Below are positions 15,840 through 24,847 of a stretch of DNA of 32,000 nt, in pieces. Position 1 is the first letter of the stretch, and each line of letters begins with the position of its first letter. Source of the DNA: Verrucomicrobiota bacterium (GTDB lineage: Bacteria; Verrucomicrobiota; Verrucomicrobiia; Opitutales; LL51); the NCBI GenBank assembly GCA_021294815.2, contig CP095464.1:780001-812000 (forward strand), in the 5' to 3' direction. The notes under the pieces were generated by a model. It was given only the letters and a program-made list of their open reading frames with translations, was not told the DNA's origin and made no database searches. The position numbers were made by a program, and so were the translations under genes.

Positions 15840-18224
15840 ATGAAGGTTAGTTTGAAGTGGTTGCAGCGGTTTGTCGATTTACGCGAATCCCCTGAAGAAA
15901 TCGCTGAGGTATTGGCGAAAATCGGGCTTGAGGTCGAGTCGATTGAGCGAAAAGGGTGTGCGCCGAGTAACTTTGTTGTTGTTGGTCAAATTTTAGATTT
16001 TGAGCCGCATCCGAATGCTGATCGCCTCAACGTATGTCGTCTCGATGTCGGTGATGGCAATATCCGCCAGATTGTTTGTGGTGCTAAAAATTTCAAAAAA
16101 GAAGATTATGTTTTCGTCGCGCTTCCCGGAGCGGTGTTACCGGAAAACGTAAAAATTAAACAATCCAAATTGCGAGGGGTCACGTCTGAGGGAATGATGT
16201 GTAGCCGTCGCGAACTCGGGTTGGGTAATGACCATGAGGGCCTCATGATCCTTGATAAGACCTGTGTTTTGGGGCGAAAAATCCATGAGGTTTTAAATGA
16301 CAACGATGTTGTTTTTACTGTCGAACTCACGGCAAATCGGGGTGACGTGTTGTGCCATTACGGGATCGCGCGCGAGCTTGCAGCTTGGTATGATCGCCAA
16401 CTTCAACCCATCCCGGTACCGGAGTTATCGCAATCTGCAACACCAGAAGTGTCTTCGCTGGAAGTAGACATCCAGTCACCACATTGTACATGCTATAACG
16501 CACGAAGCCTCAAGAACATTACGATTACCGAAAGCGCTGGTTGGGTCCGTCGTGACCTCGAAGCTGTTGGGTGTGCGACGATCAATAACGTAGTCGATAT
16601 CACGAATTGGGTACTATATGCTTACGGGCAGCCGCTACATGCCTTTGACCGCGAAAAATTTTTAGGAAAGATCACCGTGCGCCAGGCCCGTGAGAGTGAG
16701 ACGATCGACGCCTTGGATCAAAAGCGTTATACGCTCAACAGCGAGGTACTCGTCATCAGCGATGAACATGAAGCTCAGGCGATTGCCGGTATTATTGGAG
16801 GTGAAAAGAGCAAAATTGGTCCGCAGACCAAAGAAATCGTTTTGGAATCCGCATGTTTTTCGGCCGATAATATTCGTAAAACAAGCCGTCAATTGGGGAT
16901 TATGACGGATAGTGCGTATCGGGCAATTCGGCATGTTGATGGTGCAATGAGCGAGGATTGCCTCAAGATTGCAGCGGGAATGTTATGCGAACTTTACGGT
17001 GCCAGGGTGGTTTTACCAACACTTCATCGGGAAACAGTTTCATTGCCGCGTTCCTGGAAAATTGCATTGCGCCCTGATTTCGTCCGTTTTTCGTTAGGTT
17101 TAGCGCTGTCGGATGATGAGATTGTCTCTCTTCTGGAGCGCCTGCAATACCGCGTCGATCGGAAAAATGACGAATGGATTATTACGGTGCCGTCTTACCG
17201 TTGGGATGTCACGCGTCCAATTGACCTCGTTGAAGAATGTCTCCGGGTGTACAGCGTCGATAAACTGCCAGTCACGCATGTTAGCGCCCATAGCGTATCG
17301 CAATCTTCGGTTGAAAGCACGGCAAAACGTCGACATATTGTTCATTTCTTAGCCGATAATGGATTTTCGGAATGCTATAATTATTCCATCGTCGCGCCTT
17401 CGGTAGGAGCATTACCGTTGGCGAATCCGTTGCTCGATGAACAAACACATTTCCGTACATCGCTAATTCTAGGGCTCGTCGAAAGCTTGCGCTATAATGT
17501 CCAAAACGATAACCGGGATGGAAAGTTTTTTGAAATCGGGCACGTCGTTCAAACAGTTAATGATACCCTCGAAGAATTACTGTCTGTTGCGTTTTTAATC
17601 CCGGTAGCGGGGCACGAAGAGCATTGGGATGATTGGATTAAGCCGAGTTTTTTTGAAGCCAAGAATTTGTTATGCCACCTTTGGCGGATGGTTACGGACG
17701 CGACGCTAGCTCCGGTGAGGGGTTTAAAAGACGATTTCTACCAAGAGCATTTTGCCGCTCAAATTGGCGAAATTCGTAAGGGAATCGAGGGCCATGTCGG
17801 GTATTTGAACGCGGACATGATGCGAGACTTTCAAATGCCGATTTTAGGTGGTGAGCTTTTCATAACTCTCGATCAGTTTGAGCGTTCTTTGAAAAATCAT
17901 CGCTACACGCCCTTTAGTTATTTCCCATCGGCGAAACGCGATATTTCAATTATTGTCGACCGCGACCATCCCGCACAAGCAGTTATCGATGATGTTCAAC
18001 AAATTGTTACCGAGGCCGCCAAGAATATCTTTTCGCGAATCGATGTTTCTGTATTTGATATTTATATGGGGAATAATCTCTCAGAGACGCAAAAGAGTAT
18101 CGGGCTAAATCTTGTTTTTGGCTGCGACGATCGAACGCCCTCGGAACAGGAAATTGACGAAGTATTTGAACAACTGGTGCGTTCCATCAAACAGCATCCG
18201 GTGTTATCGTTGCGGGGAGTGTAA
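15840..18224 (+). CDS. pheT: Phenylalanine--tRNA ligase beta subunit
   Basis: It is 794 aa. The N-terminal tRNA-binding (OB) domain has EPHPNADRLNVCRLDVG and LRGVTSEGMMCS. The B3/4, B5 and C-terminal FDX-ACB-like regions follow in the usual order. Confidence 0.9.
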   Translation: MKVSLKWLQRFVDLRESPEEIAEVLAKIGLEVESIERKGCAPSNFVVVGQILDFEPHPNADRLNVCRLDVGDGNIRQIVCGAKNFKKEDYVFVALPGAVLPENVKIKQSKLRGVTSEGMMCSRRELGLGNDHEGLMILDKTCVLGRKIHEVLNDNDVVFTVELTANRGDVLCHYGIARELAAWYDRQLQPIPVPELSQSATPEVSSLEVDIQSPHCTCYNARSLKNITITESAGWVRRDLEAVGCATINNVVDITNWVLYAYGQPLHAFDREKFLGKITVRQARESETIDALDQKRYTLNSEVLVISDEHEAQAIAGIIGGEKSKIGPQTKEIVLESACFSADNIRKTSRQLGIMTDSAYRAIRHVDGAMSEDCLKIAAGMLCELYGARVVLPTLHRETVSLPRSWKIALRPDFVRFSLGLALSDDEIVSLLERLQYRVDRKNDEWIITVPSYRWDVTRPIDLVEECLRVYSVDKLPVTHVSAHSVSQSSVESTAKRRHIVHFLADNGFSECYNYSIVAPSVGALPLANPLLDEQTHFRTSLILGLVESLRYNVQNDNRDGKFFEIGHVVQTVNDTLEELLSVAFLIPVAGHEEHWDDWIKPSFFEAKNLLCHLWRMVTDATLAPVRGLKDDFYQEHFAAQIGEIRKGIEGHVGYLNADMMRDFQMPILGGELFITLDQFERSLKNHRYTPFSYFPSAKRDISIIVDRDHPAQAVIDDVQQIVTEAAKNIFSRIDVSVFDIYMGNNLSETQKSIGLNLVFGCDDRTPSEQEIDEVFEQLVRSIKQHPVLSLRGV

Positions 18225-18229
18225 CAAAA

Positions 18230-19012
18230 ATGGCAGCGACAATTTTCTCAATAGCGAACCAAAAGGGCGGCGTCGGGAAGACGACAACGGCAATCAACCT
18301 ATCCGCATCATTGGCGCGTAAAGGGATCTCGACCCTGTTAATTGACCTCGATCCGCAGGGAAATACGACGAGCGGGCTTGGCTTACAAAAGGAGAAAGGG
18401 GGGAGCCTATGCGATGTCCTACATGGCGAGGCTGACGCGGTCGATCGGATTAAGGCGACGGGGCAGGAGAACCTTTCGATTATTCCCGCGGAGGTCGATT
18501 TGGCGGCGATCGAAGTCGAACTTAGCCAAAAAGGAGACTATCTCATGCGGTTGCGGCAGTGTTTGGCGCCGATCAAAAAGTCGGATAAGTTCAGGGCGAT
18601 TATTTTGGATTGTCCGCCGGCGTTGGGCCTGATTTCGATGAACAGCCTCGTTTGTGCGGATAAATTGATCATCACGCTCCAGTGTGAGTATCTCGCGCTC
18701 GAGGGGTTGAGTCAGATTATGAGTGTAGTTGACGACCTCCGGTCGCATGGCCTAAATCCATCGCTTGAGATTGGCGGGATTTTGATGACGATGTTCGATA
18801 TCCGGACGAATCTGTCGCGTCAAGTCTGTGCGGATCTCCAAAAGCATTTTCCAGAACTTGCATTTAAGACGGTTATTCCTCGCTCGGTCCGTTTGAGTGA
18901 GGCACCCAGCTTCGGGCAGTCGATTTTCGACTATGACCGGATGAGTAGTGGGGCGAAGGCCTATGACCGTCTCGGCGATGAGGTGATTGAGCGCTTCAAC
19001 CTACATATTTGA
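18230..19012 (+). CDS. parA: ParA/Soj-family partition ATPase
   Basis: It has the deviant Walker A ANQKGGVGKTTTAINL, then DLDPQGN and ILDCPPALG. Length is 260 aa. Confidence 0.88.
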   Translation: MAATIFSIANQKGGVGKTTTAINLSASLARKGISTLLIDLDPQGNTTSGLGLQKEKGGSLCDVLHGEADAVDRIKATGQENLSIIPAEVDLAAIEVELSQKGDYLMRLRQCLAPIKKSDKFRAIILDCPPALGLISMNSLVCADKLIITLQCEYLALEGLSQIMSVVDDLRSHGLNPSLEIGGILMTMFDIRTNLSRQVCADLQKHFPELAFKTVIPRSVRLSEAPSFGQSIFDYDRMSSGAKAYDRLGDEVIERFNLHI

Positions 19013-19015
19013 TTT

Positions 19016-19729
19016 TTATTGAAACAGTAGCGCTATTTCCTCTGGTGAAAGCACTTTTGTAGCACCAACGGCGAGATTTTTAAGCTTCAGCTGACCAATT
19101 TGGGTACGTTTGAGCCGATGGACAAAACTCTCCCCGTATTGGATCATGCGGCGAATTTCGCGTTTTCGCCCTTGCTTGAGGTGAATTTCAAGTGCTGGAT
19201 ATCTCCCTTGATTGGGTAACACGAAAACTTTTTCGGCTTTCAAGCATTCGCCTTCGTCGTAGATGCCGGTGAGCATTTTCCCTAAAAATTCGGGTGCCAG
19301 GGGATGTTCCAGAGTGACGTAATATATTTTTACGATATTGGATCGTGGGTGTGTGACCTGATTTGCGAAATCGCCATCATTGGTCAGCAGCAACATCCCT
19401 TGGCTATCTTTATCGAGGCGGCCACAGTAAAAAAAGCGCTCATTTTGAAAAGGCTTGGGAATGAAATCGTAGACCGTCTTCTTATTGCCCCATGGCTGTG
19501 TACACTCAACACCCCTAGGTTTGTTGAGCAAGAGTACCGTACGTGTTTGAGGGCGTTTTTGCACCCGTACTTGGTCGACTTTTATAATATCTTTGTCCTC
19601 GTCAACGCATTGGCCGAGTGTAGCTGTTAGGCCGTTGACCGAAATTCGTCCTTCTTGAATGAGTGCTTCCGCGTGCCGACGGGAGCAGTAGCCGCATTGT
19701 GATAAAAATTTTTGAATCCGAAGCTGCAT
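19016..19729 (-). CDS. RsuA/RluB-family rRNA pseudouridine synthase
   Basis: It has an N-terminal S4 domain (LQKFLSQCGYCSRRHAEALIQEGRISVNG) and the catalytic motif GRLDKDSQGMLLLTNDG. Confidence 0.85.
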   Translation of the reverse strand: MQLRIQKFLSQCGYCSRRHAEALIQEGRISVNGLTATLGQCVDEDKDIIKVDQVRVQKRPQTRTVLLLNKPRGVECTQPWGNKKTVYDFIPKPFQNERFFYCGRLDKDSQGMLLLTNDGDFANQVTHPRSNIVKIYYVTLEHPLAPEFLGKMLTGIYDEGECLKAEKVFVLPNQGRYPALEIHLKQGRKREIRRMIQYGESFVHRLKRTQIGQLKLKNLAVGATKVLSPEEIALLFQ

Positions 19730-19733
19730 ACAT

Positions 19734-19982
19734 TCATTGGGATGAAGGGCTTAAATTTTGCAAACCAAATACCTCGATGATTTTCTGGTGTGATTTTTCA
19801 CCGCTGACGATTTTTACATTTCTGGGCGGCACCTGATAGTGCTTTGCGATGAGCCGAAGAATGGCCTTATTCGCTTTCCCATCCTCAGGTGGGTTTTGTA
19901 CCTTTATTTTGAGAGACCCATCTTCTTGAACTATAACTTCCGATCGAGCCGCATTAGGAATTGCTTTAACCTGAATTCGCAC
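19734..19982 (-). CDS. DUF167/YggU-family protein
   Basis: It is 82 aa. The segment PEDGKANKAILRLIAKHY...VKIVSGEKSHQKIIEV fits the YggU pattern. The start is GTG. It lies 4 nt upstream of the pseudouridine synthase gene, so the two are likely co-transcribed. Confidence 0.75.
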   Translation of the reverse strand: MRIQVKAIPNAARSEVIVQEDGSLKIKVQNPPEDGKANKAILRLIAKHYQVPPRNVKIVSGEKSHQKIIEVFGLQNLSPSSQ

Positions 19983-20074
19983 ACGGCAATTATTGCCAAA
20001 ATTTGTCCCATGACGATGTTATTTTGAGATCCGTAAATCAAAGGAACGTTTTGAACTGTAGTATAAGGGAATTT

Positions 20075-20095
20075 TTATAAGTGTTACTTATAAGT
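20075..20095 (+). promoter_or_regulatory. Nested palindromes in the AT-rich region upstream of ORF 20151
   Basis: TTATAAGT-GTT-ACTTATAA forms 8-bp inverted arms at 20075-20093. It overlaps the perfect 10-bp palindrome ACTTATAAGT at 20086-20095. TTACTTATA recurs at 20125-20133. Confidence 0.3.
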
Positions 20096-20131
20096 AATAA
20101 TATTGTAAATAATATATGTAAATTTTACTTA

Positions 20132-20145
20132 TATTTTTTACAATT
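20132..20145 (+). promoter_or_regulatory. Copy 2 of the shared 14-nt motif TATTTTTTACAATT
   Basis: It is identical to 8777-8790. TACAAT ends only 6 nt before ATG 20151. Confidence 0.3.
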
Positions 20146-20150
20146 GAACC

Positions 20151-21893
20151 ATGAGTCGGTTCTTAAAAACGTCTGCGCTCTATAGTTTATTGTGTTTTAG
20201 CAGTATGGGTTTGGTGGATGGAAGTGCAAAACATACTTCTAAATATACGAGAGCGGGAAAAAAAGTAGATCAGCCGGAGTTTTCTAAGGCTCCAAAGACA
20301 AAAAAGGGGCAAAAGAAGAATAAGAATATTCCGAGTTTGAAGATCCCCAAAAGCATCTCAGCAGAGAGTTTAGATAGTGTTGGTGCGGTTGATTCGAATT
20401 ATTGGGATTCAACACAGGTATCGTCAAATGGCGGTTCGGACACAGGAGAAGCGAGGCAACGCGTCAGATTTACACAACAACCTCGCGATTTATCAAGTGC
20501 GGGAATAGGGCAGTCATCTTTGAAACGTCCACCCATCATTCTTGCGAGAGTCAATAAATCAGCAGCAGAAGATAGGGATTCTGATCATCTATCGGTCCCG
20601 GTATCGCGATCGCAATTGGGGGCAATTCCCTCATTTTCGTGTGACGATCTACTGGCATTAGCGGGAGGCATTCCTGATCCTGATGCGGCACATCGACGGT
20701 CCTCTGAGAGTTCTCCTCGAGATACCAATTCGTTTGATATCGCTGAAGATATGCTCCATCGTCCTGCGGCAAGAGGGCCACATGGACACTGGGATGCGAT
20801 TCCGAAAAAGGAACCCTATTCTTTAGGGCAGCAACGGCAACAGCGCGGAATTGCGGGGTCAACCTCGAATTTCTTTGGGGGATATCAACAGAGTTCCTCA
20901 TCAATGCAGCCGCATTTTATGTCATCTCAAGGGCCTAAAGAACCTTTCCCGACATTTAAGCCAATACCTGCATTAGCAAATGCGAAAGGTCGGAAGAATA
21001 TTCCTGTTCTACCGAGAGATCGTCGTCCAAGTCGTGTTGCAGGGAAGCCGGTACGTTATCACGCTCGAAGCCCGATTGCTGGGATAACAAATAATAACGT
21101 TGGCACAGGAAATCAAGTGGCACAGTTAAATCGCAATAGCGGTGCATTTCATATGGTGCTTTCTGCCAGGAGTTTCCGTACGGATGATTCCTTTAATAAT
21201 GAGCAGCATTTTTCTGAACATTCTCATGCAATTGCAATTCAGGAAGAACAGCCTGACTTCCAGGAACAAACGGCACAGTTGCTAAAGAATATCGAAGATT
21301 GGATTGAGAGTGAGCTCGATCATATGGCCGGAGCACTGCGTAAACTCGTTATCCATTGCTGTACGGAGGCAGAGGAGGCAACAATTTCGGAGACATTTGA
21401 TTGTACCGATGAAGATTTTGATGACTTCAGAAGTGTTTGCCGTAGCCATAAGACACGGGAGTCCCTTGGTTTTTATAACTACGCGAAACGCGGGGTAAAT
21501 GAAATTATGGACCGTGTGAATCAAAGGGTAGCGGATAATGTTTTACGTTGTTTGTATTTTAATAATCCGCAATTGAAAGACAATGAGGTGCTCGCCTCAC
21601 AGGTACGAGGACTCGTAGATTATCTTGCGCAGCCGGTAACCAAAAAGCTTACGAGGACGGCATTTATGCTCGCAGTTGATGTCAGTGACGACGTTTGTTC
21701 GTGTTGCTGTGGTGTTTGGCATAAACCAAAAATCTCTAAAGAAACGAAGCAACAAATTCTTTCGGGCATTGGCAATAGCTTGAAGGGTATAGCAGGCCTC
21801 TTTATCGGTGACGATCTTGCTCAAGGCGCATGTGATCTAGCGGGTGGCATTTTCAATGTTATTAAGGACGTGTGCACTGCGCAGGTCGAATAG
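20151..21893 (+). CDS. Hypothetical exported protein with a long low-complexity region and a Cys-rich C-terminal domain
   Basis: The N-terminus MSRFLKTSALYSLLCFSSMGLVDGSA is signal-peptide-like. Residues 30-360 are Lys/Ser/Pro/Gln/Arg-rich and look disordered. Eleven of the 13 Cys lie in residues 401-580, including the run CSCCCG. I recognise no family. Confidence 0.6.
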   Translation: MSRFLKTSALYSLLCFSSMGLVDGSAKHTSKYTRAGKKVDQPEFSKAPKTKKGQKKNKNIPSLKIPKSISAESLDSVGAVDSNYWDSTQVSSNGGSDTGEARQRVRFTQQPRDLSSAGIGQSSLKRPPIILARVNKSAAEDRDSDHLSVPVSRSQLGAIPSFSCDDLLALAGGIPDPDAAHRRSSESSPRDTNSFDIAEDMLHRPAARGPHGHWDAIPKKEPYSLGQQRQQRGIAGSTSNFFGGYQQSSSSMQPHFMSSQGPKEPFPTFKPIPALANAKGRKNIPVLPRDRRPSRVAGKPVRYHARSPIAGITNNNVGTGNQVAQLNRNSGAFHMVLSARSFRTDDSFNNEQHFSEHSHAIAIQEEQPDFQEQTAQLLKNIEDWIESELDHMAGALRKLVIHCCTEAEEATISETFDCTDEDFDDFRSVCRSHKTRESLGFYNYAKRGVNEIMDRVNQRVADNVLRCLYFNNPQLKDNEVLASQVRGLVDYLAQPVTKKLTRTAFMLAVDVSDDVCSCCCGVWHKPKISKETKQQILSGIGNSLKGIAGLFIGDDLAQGACDLAGGIFNVIKDVCTAQVE

Positions 21894-21931
21894 CATTGTG
21901 TTTTACATTGGATTGCCATGGTGTTCCAGGT

Positions 21932-23389
21932 ATGCAAAAATTGACGCCGGAGGAAGCCGTGGCTTTAATCCAGCCGGGGGATACCATCGGAATTGGTGGA
22001 TTTACGAGTGCTGGCGCACCATCAACTTTGGGTTCAGCACTCTTAGTGTATGCGCAGCAGTGTCAGAAAAACGGTACACCCTTAGCACTTAACATTATAA
22101 CTGGGGCTTCGACCTTAAGTTCTATTGACGATGGACTTGCGGCATGCGATGGTATTCGTTCACGTGTGCCTTACCAAGCCGATCGATTGCTACGCCAAAA
22201 AATTAATGACGAATCGGTGCGCTTTTGGGATTATCATCTTTCAGATTTCCCACAAAAGCTTTGCAGTGGTATTTTAGGAGCTATCGATTATACCCTAATC
22301 GAAGCCGAATCGGTTGATGATCAAGGGCGCATTATTTTAACCTCGGCTGTTGGAATTGCTCCGACGTTATGCCGTCTCGCGAAAAAAATTATCGTCGAAC
22401 TTCGTAAAGATTTGGCGATACAGTTTCAGGGAATACATGATATTTATGAGATGGAGTTACCGCCATGTACATTACCGATACCGCTGACACAAGTTACACA
22501 GCGTATTGGGACGGGATATGTCCAAGTCGATCCCCACAAAATTGCAGGTGTTATTCAAAGCAATTCGCCGCGGGAGCATGCCATTCTCGACCATCCAACA
22601 CCAGAAAGTAATCGTATCGGAGAACACATTTTACGATTTCTTGAAATTGAGACCCATTTAGGGCGCCTTCCAAAGGCACTTTTCCCCCTACAAGTGGGCG
22701 TTGGTAATGTCGCAAACGCATTGATGCAACGTCTAACGGAGGTTGATGGCCCTTCGTACGAGGTTTATTCCGAAGTATTGCAAGATGCGATTATTGAAGG
22801 AGTTTTATCGGGGCGGATTCGAATGGCCAGTGGCGGTGCTTTCGCCGTTACTGAAAGCTGTTTCCAGACGATGCGAACGCATTGGGAGGTATTACGTGCT
22901 AAGACTTTGCTGCGTCCTCAAGAAATTACAAATCATCCTGAAATTATCCGTCGTTTGGGAATCATTTCGATCAATACAGCGCTCGAGGTTGATCTCTGGG
23001 GGAATGTGAATAGCACACACGTCTGTGGACGGCAAATGATGAATGGGATTGGCGGCTCAGGTGATTTCGCGCGTAACGCATATTTGACGATTTTTGCGAC
23101 ACCTTCTACAGCAAAAAATGGAGCAATCGGTGCGATTGTTCCGCTTTGCAGCCATATCGATCATATTGATCATGATGTCGATATTGTGGTGACAGAGTAT
23201 GGCCTTGCTGATCTTCGCGGGAAAACACCTCGAGAACGTGCAGTATGTATCATTGAAAATTGTGCGCATCCCAATTATCGAGAGGCATTGCAAGCATGTA
23301 TTACGTCCAGTCGTGCCCATGTTCCCATCGATCTCTCTCAGGCGCATCGCTTTCATTTAAACTTTTTGGAACAAGGCAAAATGTTATGA
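21932..23389 (+). CDS. Acetyl-CoA hydrolase/transferase-family enzyme (succinyl-CoA:acetate CoA-transferase-like)
   Basis: The N-terminus PGDTIGIGGFTSAGAP and the C-terminal MMNGIGGSGDFARNA motif are typical of the Ach1/Cat1/AarC/ScpC family. I chose ATG 21932 (MQKLTPEEA). Confidence 0.8.
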   Translation: MQKLTPEEAVALIQPGDTIGIGGFTSAGAPSTLGSALLVYAQQCQKNGTPLALNIITGASTLSSIDDGLAACDGIRSRVPYQADRLLRQKINDESVRFWDYHLSDFPQKLCSGILGAIDYTLIEAESVDDQGRIILTSAVGIAPTLCRLAKKIIVELRKDLAIQFQGIHDIYEMELPPCTLPIPLTQVTQRIGTGYVQVDPHKIAGVIQSNSPREHAILDHPTPESNRIGEHILRFLEIETHLGRLPKALFPLQVGVGNVANALMQRLTEVDGPSYEVYSEVLQDAIIEGVLSGRIRMASGGAFAVTESCFQTMRTHWEVLRAKTLLRPQEITNHPEIIRRLGIISINTALEVDLWGNVNSTHVCGRQMMNGIGGSGDFARNAYLTIFATPSTAKNGAIGAIVPLCSHIDHIDHDVDIVVTEYGLADLRGKTPRERAVCIIENCAHPNYREALQACITSSRAHVPIDLSQAHRFHLNFLEQGKML

Positions 23390-24105
23390 AAATCCTTTTA
23401 AATGGAGCTCAAGGGAAAATGGGGCAGGCAGTCCTTAAGGCGTTGCCGCAAGGGGATATCGTCGTGATCGAACGCAATGGACCGACAACGTTTTCAATTT
23501 TTCAAGGTGCTATCGATGTTGGTATCGATTTCAGCACTCCCGACGGAACGATGGAACTCCTCGAGTTGGCATTGCGATATTGTTTCCCTCTTGTTATTGG
23601 AACAACAGGGTTAAATGCGGAGCAACAATCACAGATGCACAAAGCCGCGAAGCGAATTAAGATTCTTTACTCACGTAATTTTTCGTTGGGGATTCATGTG
23701 TTTCGAAAATTGATTCGGATGGCGGTACAACATCTCCCTTTGGACTTTCAAATTGAAGTCGTCGAGCGCCATCACAAACATAAAACGGATGCACCGAGCG
23801 GTACTGCGAAAGCTTGCCTGGAAGATATTCAAGCAGTGAGGGCGGATAGTGACGTTGTTTATGGTCGCCATAGCCAAGCTACGGGAGATCGCAACGACAA
23901 TGAAATTGGGGTTCATTCGCTTCGGGGCGGGGAAGTTTTCGGCGAGCATTGTATATTTTTGACGGGTGACCACGAGGAGCTCATTTTGGAGCATCGCGCT
24001 TTCGATCGCCTCGCATTTGCCCAGGGTGCCCTTGCCGCTGCTCGATGGTTAGTCACTAATCCCGCTACACACGGATTATTTTCCTTTCAAGATGTTGTTG
24101 CGTAA
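23386..24105 (+). CDS. dapB: 4-hydroxy-tetrahydrodipicolinate reductase
   Basis: It has MKILLNGAQGKMGQ (NAD(P)-binding N-terminus) and the signature ERHHKHKTDAPSGTA. The ATG overlaps the upstream stop codon (ATGA at 23386-23389). Confidence 0.88.
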   Translation: MKILLNGAQGKMGQAVLKALPQGDIVVIERNGPTTFSIFQGAIDVGIDFSTPDGTMELLELALRYCFPLVIGTTGLNAEQQSQMHKAAKRIKILYSRNFSLGIHVFRKLIRMAVQHLPLDFQIEVVERHHKHKTDAPSGTAKACLEDIQAVRADSDVVYGRHSQATGDRNDNEIGVHSLRGGEVFGEHCIFLTGDHEELILEHRAFDRLAFAQGALAAARWLVTNPATHGLFSFQDVVA

Positions 24106-24117
24106 TGGGTTTAGGGT

Positions 24118-24756
24118 TTACGTGTTTTGTCGCTGTACTTCGAGATAAAGCTCCCGGCTGATCCACGCGTCGGTTGCGGCATAGACGAGCTGTCGCGCCG
24201 AAAGTTTTTCTTGTGACCAATCTGTGACTTGAGAAGACTTCGAGATGCGGCATCCTAAAAAGATCGCACAAAGATTTCGTAGGCCGGTTTGTTCAACGCC
24301 AAGCGCACGCGTAGTTTCACTAATGTCTCGAAATCCTGCGTGGCGAAAGGGTTCTATATCGCAGAGCTTAAGAACGTCATCATGGATCGCGATACCGACT
24401 TTTTCGATTTTAGGGTTTTCTAAAAAAGGTTTGAGATGGCACAGTTGACCGATTTTAGGGAGTTGAAAAATGTACACCTTATCTTCTGTTGCGACCTGGA
24501 CGATTGAGGGTGGGTATTTTTCACCTTTAGAGAATGCGGGGCGACTCTCGGTGTCGAAGCCGACAAGTGTTTCTTTTTGGATTTCCCGTACCGATTGTTG
24601 TGCCAACTCGACCGTGTCCACAAAAACAATTTCACCTTGGTATGAGCTTATGGGGAGTCGCGAGATCGCCTCTTTGGAAATCTTTTTAGGAAATCGCGGC
24701 AGCACGCGTAAGGCTCTCAAAACATGAACAACATGTGAAAATGCCCGCTGCAACAT
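24118..24756 (-). CDS. 3'-5' exonuclease domain protein (DEDDy, RNase D/WRN-exo-like)
   Basis: It has Exo I VGFDTES, Exo II-like IAIHDDVLKL and Exo III YAATDAW. Length is 212 aa. Confidence 0.75.
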   Translation of the reverse strand: MLQRAFSHVVHVLRALRVLPRFPKKISKEAISRLPISSYQGEIVFVDTVELAQQSVREIQKETLVGFDTESRPAFSKGEKYPPSIVQVATEDKVYIFQLPKIGQLCHLKPFLENPKIEKVGIAIHDDVLKLCDIEPFRHAGFRDISETTRALGVEQTGLRNLCAIFLGCRISKSSQVTDWSQEKLSARQLVYAATDAWISRELYLEVQRQNT

Positions 24757-24847
24757 ACGGCATCACGCTGAATCAAAGTCTTCAAAATTCAAGGATAATT
24801 TTTCTTTCGACTTGGCAGGAGATCTCGGTACAACGGGTTTTCATTCG

